Source: Naegleria gruberi (taxonomy: Eukaryota). From it: DNA of 64,000 bases. Below the pieces are notes generated by a model. That model did not search any database and had not been told where the DNA came from. It was given only the letters and a program-made list of their open reading frames with translations. Shown piece by piece: positions 52,474-63,974 of this stretch. How positions within the stretch are numbered: position 1 is the stretch's first letter; every line of letters begins with the position of its first letter. Where the stretch lies: NCBI GenBank assembly GCA_000004985.1, contig GG738930.1; one strand, written 5' to 3'. Both the position numbers and the translations under genes were made by a program.

Positions 52474-54525
52474 TTACTTTTGTTTTTTAGCTATCATTAA
52501 GGAGATTGTTTCAGATGTGATTAATGGTTGCTTGATCTGCATTTTGGTTTTGTCCAATTGTTGGGAATACATTTTAATGTACGGTTCTGAAATAGCAAGT
52601 CTGGCAGAAACAAATAAAACATTCCCGTTCAATTTGGAAACAGCCAACTTGACAATTTCATCATCATCATTAAATGGACATCCAATAAAAATAAATGGGT
52701 GAACATTAATCCATTCCATAAAGGTCTTCATATTCACGAGCTGTGTGGGAAGATAGCTCCAAAACTCTCTCATCCTTGCTGCCTTATCAATTAGTTCCCC
52801 TTTGTTTGTGTTTGCTGGAAATAGTTTCTTGTGTAAATCAAGAATTGTTTGAGAGGAAGTTTCCCTTGACATGAATCTCAATAGTTTGATGTTTTCTTTG
52901 CATATTGCTATCCACTGCTTCACGCTGAAGATAATATCCGAAGGAAGAAAGTAAAATGCCTCTTCATAAGGTAAATTACTCCAAAAATCTGGATTATTCC
53001 TCAGTTTCTGATCTATCTCATTTAAAAATGTTGGATAACTTTTACGATTGATTAGTACATTGCACAACTTCTGTACGAACATAGCATCTGACTTTAACTT
53101 ATCTGATATTAAAGAAAACCATAAAGGGTTAAATGTGCATACTTTCAAACAAAGTTCAGAATTATTTCCTATACTATTGTGAACTAATGGGAAAAGTTGA
53201 ATGTCCAAATTGAAAATAGCATTGCAAATGTCAACATCTTTGAAATTTTCATCTGAAATATTTGATAGAATTGTCTTGGAGTTTCTATGTTTGAGTATTA
53301 ATAATAATACTTGTTTCTCATTGAAATATTGACTCTCAGCAATCTTTTTTGGTAGTGTCAATTTAAGAATATCCATTAAGAACTTCTTGTCACTGTCGAT
53401 GGATTTTTGATCAAGATTTGAAACAATATATTCTGCTACTTCTGCTTTCATATTTTTGTGTAAAGCAAATTTGTAAAGTGCCAAATCTTGTGAATATTTG
53501 ATAATCTTGTAATAATTTTGATATTTTTGATCTGAAATTAGTTTCTCTATTAAATTTCTATCCTCTAATAATTTTACAAGTAGATCAAGTATACTTTTCG
53601 ATCCTTTTTTCAAAATATCCACAAAAGTGTCATAATTCTTGCAATTCAAAGCCAACACTGTTACAACTCTTGCATCTTGCCTTGTTTTAGGAGAAAGTTT
53701 TGCATAGCTTCCATTACTTGTTTTAAGTAGCTCTTTTACTACCAGAAAATCATTGGAAATACTTTCTCTGACACTAGTTAAGAATTTAGGATGCGCAGCA
53801 AGTAATCGTCTTTGCACAATTCTTCCACAATTCAAAAACGATGGTGGGAAATCCAGTGAGAACCGTTGCTTCTTGAAAAGGTGACTAATAAGCATTTCAT
53901 TTTGCTTATCATCCTCATCTAGTGATTTGAAATCACTCTCAGATATTACATATTTGGAAATTGGTAAGGAATGAAACCACATTTTCAGATAAATGTTCGA
54001 TCTAATAGCTTTAGAACGAATCTCAAGAGATGATTTACACAAGACATTCAAATCATACAAATTCTGTAACTTTTCATACATGCCCATATCAATTAATCGT
54101 GAATCAATTTTTGAAATGGTTCTACTTTTAAGTATTGGTACATGTTCAATAGCTATTGAAATAGTATTCTCAGGATTACGAGATGAAGTGAGATAATCAG
54201 CAACTATTGCATAGTGAGTATAATAAAGAATTTCATCTTTTGTAAAGAGTTTGACATGATTCAGTAAGAGTTTCATATTCTTCGGATTCAATAATAAATT
54301 CTTATTGAATGTTGTATTCCTCTTGATTTCATCCGATAAATCCAAATATTCCTCTTTAGTGAGAACCAAAGCAAATGCCTTACAGCAAGCAATGTGTAAA
54401 GGCATACATTTTACAGAATATAAATAAAAAGCTTTTGATACTTGTTGGAAAGTTGCATAACTGAATAGATCAATGTATTCTAATATTGTACGGAAATAAT
54501 CTGATGAAAGCTGTTCGATCATCAT
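52474..54525 (-). CDS. F-box-like N-terminus protein with a helical repeat body (683 aa)
   Basis: ATG at 54525. The N-terminus LSSDYFRTILEYIDLFSYATFQQVSKAFY fits the F-box pattern. The remainder is Leu/Lys-rich helical repeats. No confident family. Confidence 0.45.
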   Translation of the reverse strand: MMIEQLSSDYFRTILEYIDLFSYATFQQVSKAFYLYSVKCMPLHIACCKAFALVLTKEEYLDLSDEIKRNTTFNKNLLLNPKNMKLLLNHVKLFTKDEILYYTHYAIVADYLTSSRNPENTISIAIEHVPILKSRTISKIDSRLIDMGMYEKLQNLYDLNVLCKSSLEIRSKAIRSNIYLKMWFHSLPISKYVISESDFKSLDEDDKQNEMLISHLFKKQRFSLDFPPSFLNCGRIVQRRLLAAHPKFLTSVRESISNDFLVVKELLKTSNGSYAKLSPKTRQDARVVTVLALNCKNYDTFVDILKKGSKSILDLLVKLLEDRNLIEKLISDQKYQNYYKIIKYSQDLALYKFALHKNMKAEVAEYIVSNLDQKSIDSDKKFLMDILKLTLPKKIAESQYFNEKQVLLLILKHRNSKTILSNISDENFKDVDICNAIFNLDIQLFPLVHNSIGNNSELCLKVCTFNPLWFSLISDKLKSDAMFVQKLCNVLINRKSYPTFLNEIDQKLRNNPDFWSNLPYEEAFYFLPSDIIFSVKQWIAICKENIKLLRFMSRETSSQTILDLHKKLFPANTNKGELIDKAARMREFWSYLPTQLVNMKTFMEWINVHPFIFIGCPFNDDDEIVKLAVSKLNGNVLFVSARLAISEPYIKMYSQQLDKTKMQIKQPLITSETISLMIAKKQK

Positions 54526-54772
54526 TTTAAATAATTCGAATGAGTTTAAAATATTGTTGCCGAAACTGCTATTTTTTTTTTAAATAATTAACCAGATGTT
54601 GTAAACGTTGATATTGAATCCGTGAGCTATTCTTGAATAAGTGGAAAAATTATCATCAAGCTTGAGAAATAGCATACTATGTAGTTTTTGAGTATGCCGC
54701 TCAATAAGCTGGTGTCATTAGAAATTCAATAAATTAATTTTCAAAATTGTTTATTTGTTTTAAACGAATGCC

Positions 54773-56743
54773 TTAGTCGACATCAACATCTTCGAATTTT
54801 GGTTGAGCACCAGATGGAGGAGCATCATCGGAAGAACCAGCACCAGCAGCACCGGCACCTGGGAAACCACCAGCACCTGGGAAGCCACCTTCAGCACCTG
54901 GCATACCACCAGCACCTTGGTACAACTTGGAAATGATTGGAGCACACTTGCCTTCCAATTCCTTTTGCTTAGCTTCGAATTCTTCCTTAGAAGCAGTTTG
55001 GTTGTTATCAATCCAGTTAATAGCAGCTTCACAAGCTTCCTTAATAGTCTTCTTGTCAGATTCTGGGATCTTACCAGCAAGGTTTGGATCTTCAACAGTT
55101 GACTTCATTTGATAAGCATATGATTCCAAATGATTCTTAGCTTCAACCTTCTTTCTCAATTCATCATCTTGAGCCTTCATGTTTTCAGCTTGTCTCAACA
55201 TTTCGTCAATTTCTTCCTTTGACAATCTACCCTTATCGTTAGTGATGGTAATATTTTCAGTCTTACCAGAAGATTCATCCTTAGCAGCAACCTTCATGAT
55301 ACCGTTAGCATCAATTTCGAAAGTAACTTCAATCTTTGGAACACCTCTTGGTGCAGGTGGAATACCTTCAAGATTGAATTTACCCAACAAGTGGTTATCC
55401 TTAGTCATGGTTCTTTCACCTTCATAAACTTGAATGGTGACAGCAGTTTGGTTGTCAGCATAAGTAGTGAAGATTTGAGACTTCTTACAAGGGATAGTAG
55501 TATTTCTTTCAATCAATTTAGTCATGACACCACCAGCAGTTTCAATACCCAAAGACAATGGAGTAACGTCGATCAACAAGACTCTAGTTTCCTTACCAGT
55601 CAAAACACCAGCTTGAACAGCAGCACCATAAGCAACAGCTTCATCAGGATTGATGGACTTGCAGAGTTCCTTACCATTGAAGAATTCCTTAAGCATTTCT
55701 TGAACCTTTGGAATACGAGTAGAACCACCGACCAAAACGACATCATCAATTTGTGATTTATCCAAACCAGAATCTTGGAGAACCTTCTTAACTGGTTCGA
55801 AACAATTTCTGAACATATCCATATTCATTTGTTCGAATTTAGCACGAGTCATAGTAATATCCAAATCAATACCATCCATAATAGAATCAACATTGATAGA
55901 AGCGTTAGCAGCAGAAGACAAATTTCTCTTAGCTCTTTCACAAGAAGTTCTTAATCTTCTCAAAGCTCTTGGATTTTCTTGGAGATCCTTCTTGTGCTTT
56001 CTCTTGAATTCTTGGCAACAGAAATCGACCATTCTGTTATCGAAATCTTCACCACCCAAGTGAGTATCACCAGCAGTAGCCTTAACTTCGAAAACACCAT
56101 CTTCAATGTTCAAGATGGAAACATCGAAAGTACCACCACCCAAATCGAAGATCAAAACGTTTCTTTCGCCCTTCTTGTTCAAACCATAAGCAATAGCAGC
56201 AGCAGTTGGTTCGTTGATAATTCTCAAAACTTCCAAACCAGCAATAGCACCGGCATCTTTGGTAGCTTGTCTTTGAGAGTCGTTGAAGTAAGCTGGGACA
56301 GTAACAACAGCCTTCTTAACTTGCTTACCCAAATATTGTTCGGCAATATCTCTCATCTTGGTCAAAACCATTGATGAAACTTGTTCTGGAGTGAAAGTGT
56401 GAGTTTCATTCTTGTATTCAACTTGAATGTATGGCTTATCGTCACCCTTGGTGATAACCTTGAAAGGCCAGTGCTTCATGTCTGATTGAACTGAAGAATC
56501 AGTGAATTTTCTACCAATCAAACGCTTAGCATCGAAAACTGTATTGTGTGGGTTCATGGCAACTTGATTCTTAGCAGCATCACCGATTAAACGTTCTTCA
56601 TCAGTGAAAGCAACATAAGATGGAGTGGTTCTGTTACCTTGATCGTTTGGAACAATTTCGACGTTGTCTCCCATATAAACACCGACGCAAGAGTATGTTG
56701 TACCCAAATCGATACCGATGGCACCGTCAAAAACACCTGACAT
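54773..56743 (-). CDS. HSP70: heat shock protein 70, cytosolic (DnaK/HSPA family)
   Basis: [60 protein letters not shown]. The Gly-rich tail and the C-terminal ..FEDVDVD are an EEVD-like cytosolic signature. The track start at 56779 is TTG, so I corrected the start to the first ATG (rc of 56741-56743). Confidence 0.9.
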   Translation of the reverse strand: MSGVFDGAIGIDLGTTYSCVGVYMGDNVEIVPNDQGNRTTPSYVAFTDEERLIGDAAKNQVAMNPHNTVFDAKRLIGRKFTDSSVQSDMKHWPFKVITKGDDKPYIQVEYKNETHTFTPEQVSSMVLTKMRDIAEQYLGKQVKKAVVTVPAYFNDSQRQATKDAGAIAGLEVLRIINEPTAAAIAYGLNKKGERNVLIFDLGGGTFDVSILNIEDGVFEVKATAGDTHLGGEDFDNRMVDFCCQEFKRKHKKDLQENPRALRRLRTSCERAKRNLSSAANASINVDSIMDGIDLDITMTRAKFEQMNMDMFRNCFEPVKKVLQDSGLDKSQIDDVVLVGGSTRIPKVQEMLKEFFNGKELCKSINPDEAVAYGAAVQAGVLTGKETRVLLIDVTPLSLGIETAGGVMTKLIERNTTIPCKKSQIFTTYADNQTAVTIQVYEGERTMTKDNHLLGKFNLEGIPPAPRGVPKIEVTFEIDANGIMKVAAKDESSGKTENITITNDKGRLSKEEIDEMLRQAENMKAQDDELRKKVEAKNHLESYAYQMKSTVEDPNLAGKIPESDKKTIKEACEAAINWIDNNQTASKEEFEAKQKELEGKCAPIISKLYQGAGGMPGAEGGFPGAGGFPGAGAAGAGSSDDAPPSGAQPKFEDVDVD

Positions 56744-56820
56744 TTTATATATTGTTGTTGTAGTTGTTTTTTTTAACAAATATTTTCAGCGAAGGTTTTA
56801 AAATTCTCTGCGCTGCCTCC

Positions 56821-57385
56821 AGTGGCTGAAAATACATTCCGAAGTTACATCAAGCCTTTGAAGCAACATTTTCCTTGAACGTGATTTGTTGGCAGAGGTT
56901 AAAAATAAATTTCTTCATAGGCTTACCAAATATTCGTTGTAGTATCGGAAAGACTTCGGAAGTTGTGGGAATTTAAATTGTAATCAAGAGCAAACTATTT
57001 GAAGTATTATTTGGATGTTGATTCAAGGATAATGTATTGATGGAGAGTTTTAATGTATTAGTATTTAGATGATGTGAAGAGATTTCATAAGATTCCGAGT
57101 AAGTTTTATATGCTTGAGGAATATCTTACGGAATTTTACATTCCGAAAAAAATTGTAATGAGCAGAAACTTTGAGAAGGATAATTACTTTTGTTAAACAA
57201 TACGGAACAACAAGAAATAATAACAAAACTTCTTGTTGATGCTGAAGCTGTACAACTACTATTAGTTGGAATGGAAATATAAGAACTTTATTTTGGATGT
57301 AGGAATTATCACAAGGAATTAATCAACAACAAAAATGTTCAAAAAGTTAATCACTAGTCTTTATAATATTCCGAAAAACATCATC
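56821..57385. promoter_or_regulatory. cluster of TTCCGAA / CGGAA motifs in the 5' flank of the Hsp70 gene
   Basis: I located five copies by eye: acattccgaag (56833), cggaaagacttcggaag (56946), ttacggaatttt then acattccgaaaaa (57125-57140), tacggaacaac (57201) and atattccgaaaaac (57368). The unit tacattccgaa occurs twice exactly. The spacing is TTCnGAA, not the canonical HSE TTCnnGAA. Confidence 0.25.
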
Positions 57386-57654
57386 AATAACAAGACACTT
57401 TACACTTTCTGATGATCATCTATCCAAGTGTTTGTCATCTCTAAACCTGTGGAATTTACACTCTCTATTAGAAATTTAACTTTTGGGAAGCAATTGCCAA
57501 TTCACAGAAATTAATTACAAGTAATTGGATGGATAGGAGATTAGTCAATCACTCAAACATTTAACAGAGCTCTATATTTACAATAATCACCTAGAAGATG
57601 AAGGCATGGAGGCTTGTTTCACTTTCCAACTTGATACAACTCAGTGTTAATTTA

Positions 57655-57684
57655 TAAGGGAGTGGGTTCTATTGGTTTGTTGAG
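57655..57684. repeat. copy 1 of a short dispersed repeat (taagggagtgggttctattggtttgttgag)
   Basis: 24/24 identical to 60340..60363, then diverging. Lies about 500 bp upstream of the TLC-like gene. Confidence 0.5.
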
Positions 57685-58184
57685 AAAATTGAGTGAATAG
57701 GAAATTCAATTAGTGAATAAGGAGCCAAGTCCATCAGCACTTTCCAGTTTGACCCTCCTAGACATAAGGACAATAGACTAGGCTAAGAAGGAGCAAAAGT
57801 AATATCATTAATAATTTGAAAACTTAGAATTACCAGGAGTGAAATTGGTTAGTTGGTGTTGACATTATTTGATTTAAAACATCACGTGAATACAATTCGA
57901 ATTGGAAGAAAGTTTAAAAAATTTGAGACTGAAAAGGCATGTTCTTTTAATGAGCACTTCTTTTGGAAGAAAGCTAACGCTTGGTCTCTTGCTGGAAGCT
58001 CAAATCACAAGATGTAATCTTGCTTAATGTTCCAAAAGAAAACCTCTTCAAATCTGACAGTCAACTGTTTTGCACTTGTTTTGGTGATGTAAGGTGTGTG
58101 CAATCAGCACCTAGAACAAAAACGAACTGTAACTGATCTAATCTGATTATTTAACAAAAAGAAAATACCTAAATCACCTTGAAT

Positions 58185-59024
58185 ATGATTTCCCTTGCTG
58201 TAATTTGCGCCTACTTTACATTCTTTGTATTGGCAAACTTCATCACAACTTCTGCTTTGGAACAAGCGACTAAACGAGGTTTCGTCAAAATACTCAAACA
58301 AAAAGAACAAAAGATAGTTTCTGTTTTGCTACACTTGCTCTACATGACCATACTGACACCCTTCTCCATTTGGTTTACAATTGCTGCATGGGATCACATC
58401 AAAGGAGATGTACTAGTTGATGGATATGAAATTTATTTGGAGATTATTCAAATTGGCATGGGATTCTACAAGTATGATGTTATCATTATGAAACCTCAGA
58501 AAGCTCGATTAGTTCACCACTTTGTCAGTATAATGGCCTACATCATGATTCTGTCGGAGAATAGCATTATTTGGTATGGAGCTGTTTTGAACATTGAAGC
58601 TTACAAGTTACCTTTGATTATTATGCAACTGTTGTACTATTTTGAAAAGAGTGAAACAATTTGGTACAAGGTAGCGAGAGGGTTGAGAATGGTACTATGG
58701 ATTGTCATCAAGGGAGGATGTACTTTATTGTCAATTAGCAAGTCAATTATGCATGGATTTCCAAATGTTTATTCAGGTTATCATGGAATTATGATTAGTT
58801 CATCAGTGTTGATTACTTTTTACAGTTTGTATATTGTTTATCAGGATGTGGAATATTTTTATAGATTGGCAAGACCATTGAAAAAGAAAGAAGATGAGAA
58901 TTTATCGTCTGTGGTGAAGGATTCCAACATGGATAAACATTTAGAAATGAAATCTATTGAAAGGAGTGCAAGTAATGGTCCAAATGTGAGTACGACGAAT
59001 CTAATTGAAAATGTTCAAGTGTAA
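58185..59024 (+). CDS. TLC-domain-like multi-pass membrane protein (279 aa)
   Basis: The track start at 58179 is TTG. The first ATG is at 58185 (MISLAVICAYF..). Six hydrophobic helices. HHFVSIMAYIMIL is a HH-containing helix typical of TLC/TRAM-LAG1-CLN8-like proteins. Family assignment is tentative. Confidence 0.45.
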   Translation: MISLAVICAYFTFFVLANFITTSALEQATKRGFVKILKQKEQKIVSVLLHLLYMTILTPFSIWFTIAAWDHIKGDVLVDGYEIYLEIIQIGMGFYKYDVIIMKPQKARLVHHFVSIMAYIMILSENSIIWYGAVLNIEAYKLPLIIMQLLYYFEKSETIWYKVARGLRMVLWIVIKGGCTLLSISKSIMHGFPNVYSGYHGIMISSSVLITFYSLYIVYQDVEYFYRLARPLKKKEDENLSSVVKDSNMDKHLEMKSIERSASNGPNVSTTNLIENVQV

Positions 59025-59112
59025 GAACAGTTCCACTGAAAAAAGCACTGAAGCCTTTTCCTTGATAAAAACTTGATATTTCTCTTTGATTCAGTTGTAC
59101 ATCATTCTTTAA

Positions 59113-60232
59113 ATGGTACTTGGAACTTTCTTCGAAATTATCGAAGAAGATAGAGAACAATCTTCTTATTTGACCTTGAATTGTTTTAAAAAAATGGCTA
59201 GAAACAAGACACCTAAAAAGTGGAACATTTTTGAAGGATTCTGCGAAATGCTTTATGAAAAATACAAAAACATTGTTCCGAATGATGCTTTCGAAGGAGT
59301 TTGCTGGACAGATCTTCCCTTAATGAAAACTTTATTTGTTAAATTAAAGAAAGACACTCTATTAAGCAAAACTTTTAAGGGATTTCCAACAAACAATGGC
59401 TATAGAAAAACCGAAAAAAGATTCCCTACTGCGACATCAATTGCTAAAGATCATCCAGAAATTGTTCGTATATTCCAATCCTTCTTCTCAAAAAACGATC
59501 AAGCTTCAGAAAAGAATTTTTGAGGAGGTTGCAAAAAACCCTAATCTTTCTCAACAAGGTGTAGATGAAGATGAAGATTATGTAGATGAAGGAGATGATT
59601 CGGGAATGGATGATTCATCAAAGAAATCTCCTAAACAATGTAAAATGATGTCTACAACCGACAAAAGGAAGAGATCTGATGACTTAGATGATACCCGCTT
59701 GAAAAAGGAACCAAAACAAGAATTACAAGCCTCTAAGGATAAAGATATTCAATCAGAGCAATTTCAAGATAACAATACAGTTCGAGTACCAACAGTGGAA
59801 AAAGCTCAAGTTAAGAAAAGCAAACCTGTTGATGTTTCAAAAAACTTTGTGACAGAAATTAAGAAATCGATCAAGAAAGCTATGTTGACGGATGCAGACT
59901 TGAAATCACCTGATATGCTAAATTGTAATGAAGTAATAAGAAGTTTGGAAAAGGAGTTACATAAATATGAACCATTAATGAAGGATCAATTACTAGTTTG
60001 GGAATTGGAAAAGGCGGAATTGCTAAAGATTACAAATGAAAAGATCGCTGAAATTGACAAAGAAATGGAACAATTAAAGAATAGCTCATTTGCAAATATT
60101 CAGATTATCAAAGGATTGGCTGCATTTTTGGTTGGGTATTCTGAAAAAACAGGAAAAGAATTCAGAAGTGCCAAAGAGAAAGAATTGGAGGAAATTGATG
60201 ATTTCTTAAAAGCACACAACTACCAAGAGTAA
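59113..60232 (+). CDS. hypothetical charged, coiled-coil-like protein, read as two overlapping ORFs (59113..59523 and 59396..60232) offset by one frame
   Basis: Both ORFs start at an ATG. They overlap over 59396-59523 around homopolymer runs (aaaaaa at 59490-59495). Either two genes, or one gene with a frameshift or an unrecognised tiny intron. Confidence 0.35.
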
Positions 60233-60339
60233 CTTTTGAGGATTGGTTTAACAGGACAATCGTATACAATGACTATTTTTTTGAATCATTGACAGTTGAA
60301 GTCACTGCAAATCAATTTTAATTTAAACTAAATTACCAT

Positions 60340-60369
60340 TAAGGGAGTGGGTTCTATTGGTTTATTGGA
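60340..60369. repeat. copy 2 of the short dispersed repeat
   Basis: taagggagtgggttctattggttt matches 57655..57678. Directly abuts the TLC pseudo-fragment. Confidence 0.5.
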
Positions 60370-60376
60370 GTAAATT

Positions 60377-60540
60377 CACAATTGCTGCATGGGACCACAC
60401 CAAAGGAGATGTATTGGTTTTGGTTATTGGATATGAAATTGGTTTGGGATTCTACATGTATGATGTGATCATTATGAAACATTAGAAAGATAGATCCACT
60501 TTGTCATAATTTTCTGCCATTACTTGTTTACTGCTGCACA
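60377..60540 (+). pseudogene. degenerate partial duplicate of the TLC-like gene (corresponds to about 58374..58560)
   Basis: cacaattgctgcatgggaccacaccaaaggagatgtattggtt..gatatgaaatt..gggattctacatgtatgatgtgatcattatgaaacattag..ccactttgtcataat. About 80% identical to the parental segment, with internal deletions and an in-frame TAG. Confidence 0.5.
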
Positions 60541-60990
60541 ATTAATTTCTAGAAAAATCAAAAAATCAAAGAATGAATAACAACTTCAAGGAGATTGGCA
60601 AAATATTAGCTCTGAAAACGAGGATTGATGGCACTAGTTGAACATGCGCACAATCTTCTAAAGTATTTGGTCTGCAAGTTCATTTAGTCAACCCGGCAAA
60701 ATATTAGATTATACTTTTTTAGATTAGGAGGAGATTTTTAAAGACAATTCACTGTTCCCAATTCAAAACAATAGATATATTAGTGTTTTTCTGCTCTCGA
60801 TTCCATCAATTCGGTCTATTTTGTCCTAATTCATTGAAACATCAGAACACATCAGAGATTTGATTTGTGGATCAAGTTGTAGTTTAGTAAATTCGAATCT
60901 ACAGAACAGAGATATCCTAAACTAATGGTCTAACAACACATTATCATAAAATACAACCTCTCTCTCGAAATCATAAAAAAACAACAGAAA

Positions 60991-63515
60991 ATGCCAAAAG
61001 TCACACCAGTCTTGGAAGAGAAACAAAACGGCATTGAATATCTTCAAGAAGCAACTTCATGCAATCAATCACTTCTCGAGGAATCTCAAATCAAACAAAG
61101 AAATTCCATTCTCTCATGCATTCTCAGTATCAGATTATTCCTCATTGCCATGATCACTCTAGTTGTCCTATTAACTTCAGTTTCGATTTGGGTAACTGCC
61201 TACACGATGAATGAACAGGCAGCAATGGAACAAGTCAATATCGTTATTGATAATATGAATGAAAAGATTGCAACTTTTGTAAATGGTCAACTGATTCCTG
61301 CCAAATATGTTGCTGATTCAATGGTTAATGATTATCATAGAGGATACATTGATTTAACAGATTCAATTAGAGAATACTTGTTTGATAGGATTAGTACGTT
61401 TGGTGTTTCGGTTACTAATCTGTGTTTCGGTGAAGGAGGTTACAATACTTTGTTTGCTTATTCAGTTTATGCTGATGGAAGTATAACATATGGAACAAAG
61501 AGACAAAATGAGAATCTTTTCGTATACAAAGCCAATAGAACTACTGGTGAATACTACATTGACAAGCCCACTATTAATAATATGACCTATACTATTAGAA
61601 ATACTGATTATTACACTGAATCAATTGCTCTGGTTGACAAGTATCCAAATGGAGCTTTTGGAGCACCTTACAAAGTGTTGAATGGTCCTCAGTCCACCTA
61701 TTGGAGCACTCCTGTGTATAATAGAACTGAATTACCACAAAAGAAGAATAGAATTGGTTTTGCAAAGATTAATATTTCATTGGCAGCCATAGCTCAATTT
61801 CTATCAAATGTCAAAGTCATGGAACGTGGTTATGTGATTATTTCAGAATATGGAAATGATTATGTCATTGGAAGTTCTCTCAATATTCCAGGTATTGACG
61901 ATCGCAGAATCAAAATGACCAACATTACCACAAGAAGCGCAGGAAGCATCATGTCAAAGTTATTGAACTTCCAAAAGGTAAATTCACTCAATAACACTGC
62001 AAAAATAGTCACTTCACTCATGAATGAGAATGGTGAAAGCTATCTAGTTGCTTCCTCTCCCTATATCTTTCATAATTTACAATGGAGAATGACTCTCATC
62101 TTTGACGAAACTGAAATTAAAAAGGGAATCATTCAGAGCAGTTATGTAATCCTTGGAGTTTCTATTGGAGTTAGTATTTTGGGAATTATTGTGAGTGTTG
62201 TTATTGGTTGGTCAGTTACTAGTCCGTTTTTTAAATTGCAAACAGATTTCAAAAATATTGAAATTCTTGATCTTGTCAATGTCAAACCAAGAAGTTCCAT
62301 ATTTAGTGAAGCAAATGCAATTTATTCGAGTTTAACAGAGACTGTAAGATGGTTGGCGGAGATTAGAGCATTCATTCCTGACTCGATTTTGAATCAATTA
62401 GAAAGAACAAAATTTATGAAAGAAGGTAATCCTGAGAATAAGAAGGATAACTCAACCTTTGATCCTGGAATGTCATACATAGCTAGTTCACAAACATTGC
62501 AACGGGTAGGTGAACTGAAAAGTGGAATTTCGAATTATTCCAGTAGAATTTCCAAAACTTCTTCAGGAAAACCACAAGATGTCACAAATAATTTATTCAA
62601 AATTGGACTTTCCTTAAGAGATTGCTCAATAATTTACATGACAGTTCCAAATCTTGATGAAAATCATTATGACCTTTCGTCTGGTTTACTTTCCAATTTA
62701 ATTTCCAAAGCACTCACTTCCATTTCAAGTATTTGCAAAACGTGTAAAGCAGATTTCCAAATCAAGTCATTTAATGAATTTATGATTTTATTCTCAGATA
62801 AGAAATCATCTGTAACCGCATTGGAAACCTCTTTAAAAATTCTCACCTTACTGAACTCGTTGAATGAGAGTATTCAAAGGATGGCNNNNNNNNNNNNNNN
62901 NNNNNNNNNNNNNNNNNNNNNNNNNNNNNNNNNNNCCCCACTATTATGGGAAATGTAGGAAGTAAGCAGATGCGTTACTTTGCCACCTTGGGTCCAGTCA
63001 TGAATAGAGCAAAGGAATTGAATGAAATTGCTCAAATGTTGAACGTTCAAGTTATTGTTGATCAGACTACTGCACAGTTGACCAAAGATTCTGTCATTTT
63101 TAGACCTGTGGAGAGGATTCTAGAGGATTCTCAGCGAATTCAAACAGTATATCAACTCTTACGAAAGAATACTATTAGAGATGATGAATGGTTATATGAA
63201 CTGGAACAAAAGAAAGCAAATGCTGAGTTTGATCAGTTCAATTCAGACTTCAGTAAGATTTTTGAGTCAGTTGATAATGAATTCGGCAATGAGAATGGAT
63301 TAGACTCTGTACTCTCTAGATTGACTGAATATTCACAGAGTAATCCAAACGATCTGGTCATAAAGAGATTAGAACAAATCCTCTCCGAAAGTAAGTTAAA
63401 GGGTGAGTCCTTCTTCACCAAATATCACACACAACTGGCTAAGCAATTAGTTAGCTATGTGAGACCTGGTGAGCTAATTCAATCTTCAATGATTTATCAA
63501 AGAGATGGACAATAA
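60991..63515 (+). CDS. receptor-type sensor + degenerate cyclase-homology protein, paralogue of 35858..38233; spans 50-nt gap 62886-62935
   Basis: ATG at 60991. Co-linear similarity to 35858..38233 from the N-terminal TM (LIAMITLVVLLTSVSIWVTAYTMNEQAAMEQV vs LIIVITLLVIATALSIWIAAYKVNEQAALEAV) through to the C-terminal DEWLYELEQKKANAEF block. ORFs 60991..62958 and 62946..63515 are one gene split by the small gap. Confidence 0.6.
62886..62935. other. assembly gap (N run)
   Basis: 50 n. Confidence 1.
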
Positions 63516-63620
63516 TTCCAGTATCTTCAATAAATCATGTTGAGGAAAGTGATATGTTTATGATAAAGCAAGACAGAATTGTTTGAAAAGCAAATTTATT
63601 AGTGATGAAAGAATTATTCA

Positions 63621-63974
63621 TTAGGACACCATATCGAAATTCTCTCTAGTTGGCCCCTCTTTTTTATAAAATTTAGTATTTCCCAGTACCATAAAATCTC
63701 CATTTTCTTCCATTTTGGTATGGTGAATTACAAAATCAACCTTACCTTCACTAACCTTTCTCTCTATTAACTGGGCAGCAATTTTAGTCATAGGTTGGTT
63801 ACTTTCTTTCATACGTTGAACAACGTCATTTACATACTCTTTTGTTCCTTGTTTGTGACCACCACTTGTTCCATAAGTTGGATTATTGCTTTTAGTGGTT
63901 AATTTGGATTCTAAAATTATTAAATTACCAGTTTTCTTGTCAATATATACATGATCAAATCCATTAGAGCCCAT
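63621..63974 (-). CDS. hypothetical protein (117 aa)
   Basis: ATG at 63974 (cat at 63972-63974). MGSNGFDHVYIDKKTGNLIILESKLTT..GGHKQGTKEY... No family recognised. It lies at the window edge. Confidence 0.35.
   Translation of the reverse strand: MGSNGFDHVYIDKKTGNLIILESKLTTKSNNPTYGTSGGHKQGTKEYVNDVVQRMKESNQPMTKIAAQLIERKVSEGKVDFVIHHTKMEENGDFMVLGNTKFYKKEGPTRENFDMVS

Noticed and set aside
56754-56830. Canonical heat-shock element (nGAAnnTTCnnGAAn) immediately upstream of Hsp70
   Set aside because: The best candidate (cGAAggTTTtaaaaTTCtc) has only imperfect units at non-canonical spacing. No convincing three-unit HSE was found.
7222-62935. Nine long N runs, and the many ORF-track entries consisting mostly of X that cross them
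   Set aside because: These are scaffold gaps, not biological repeats or CRISPR-like arrays. ORFs made of X carry no information, and the frame across a gap is arbitrary.
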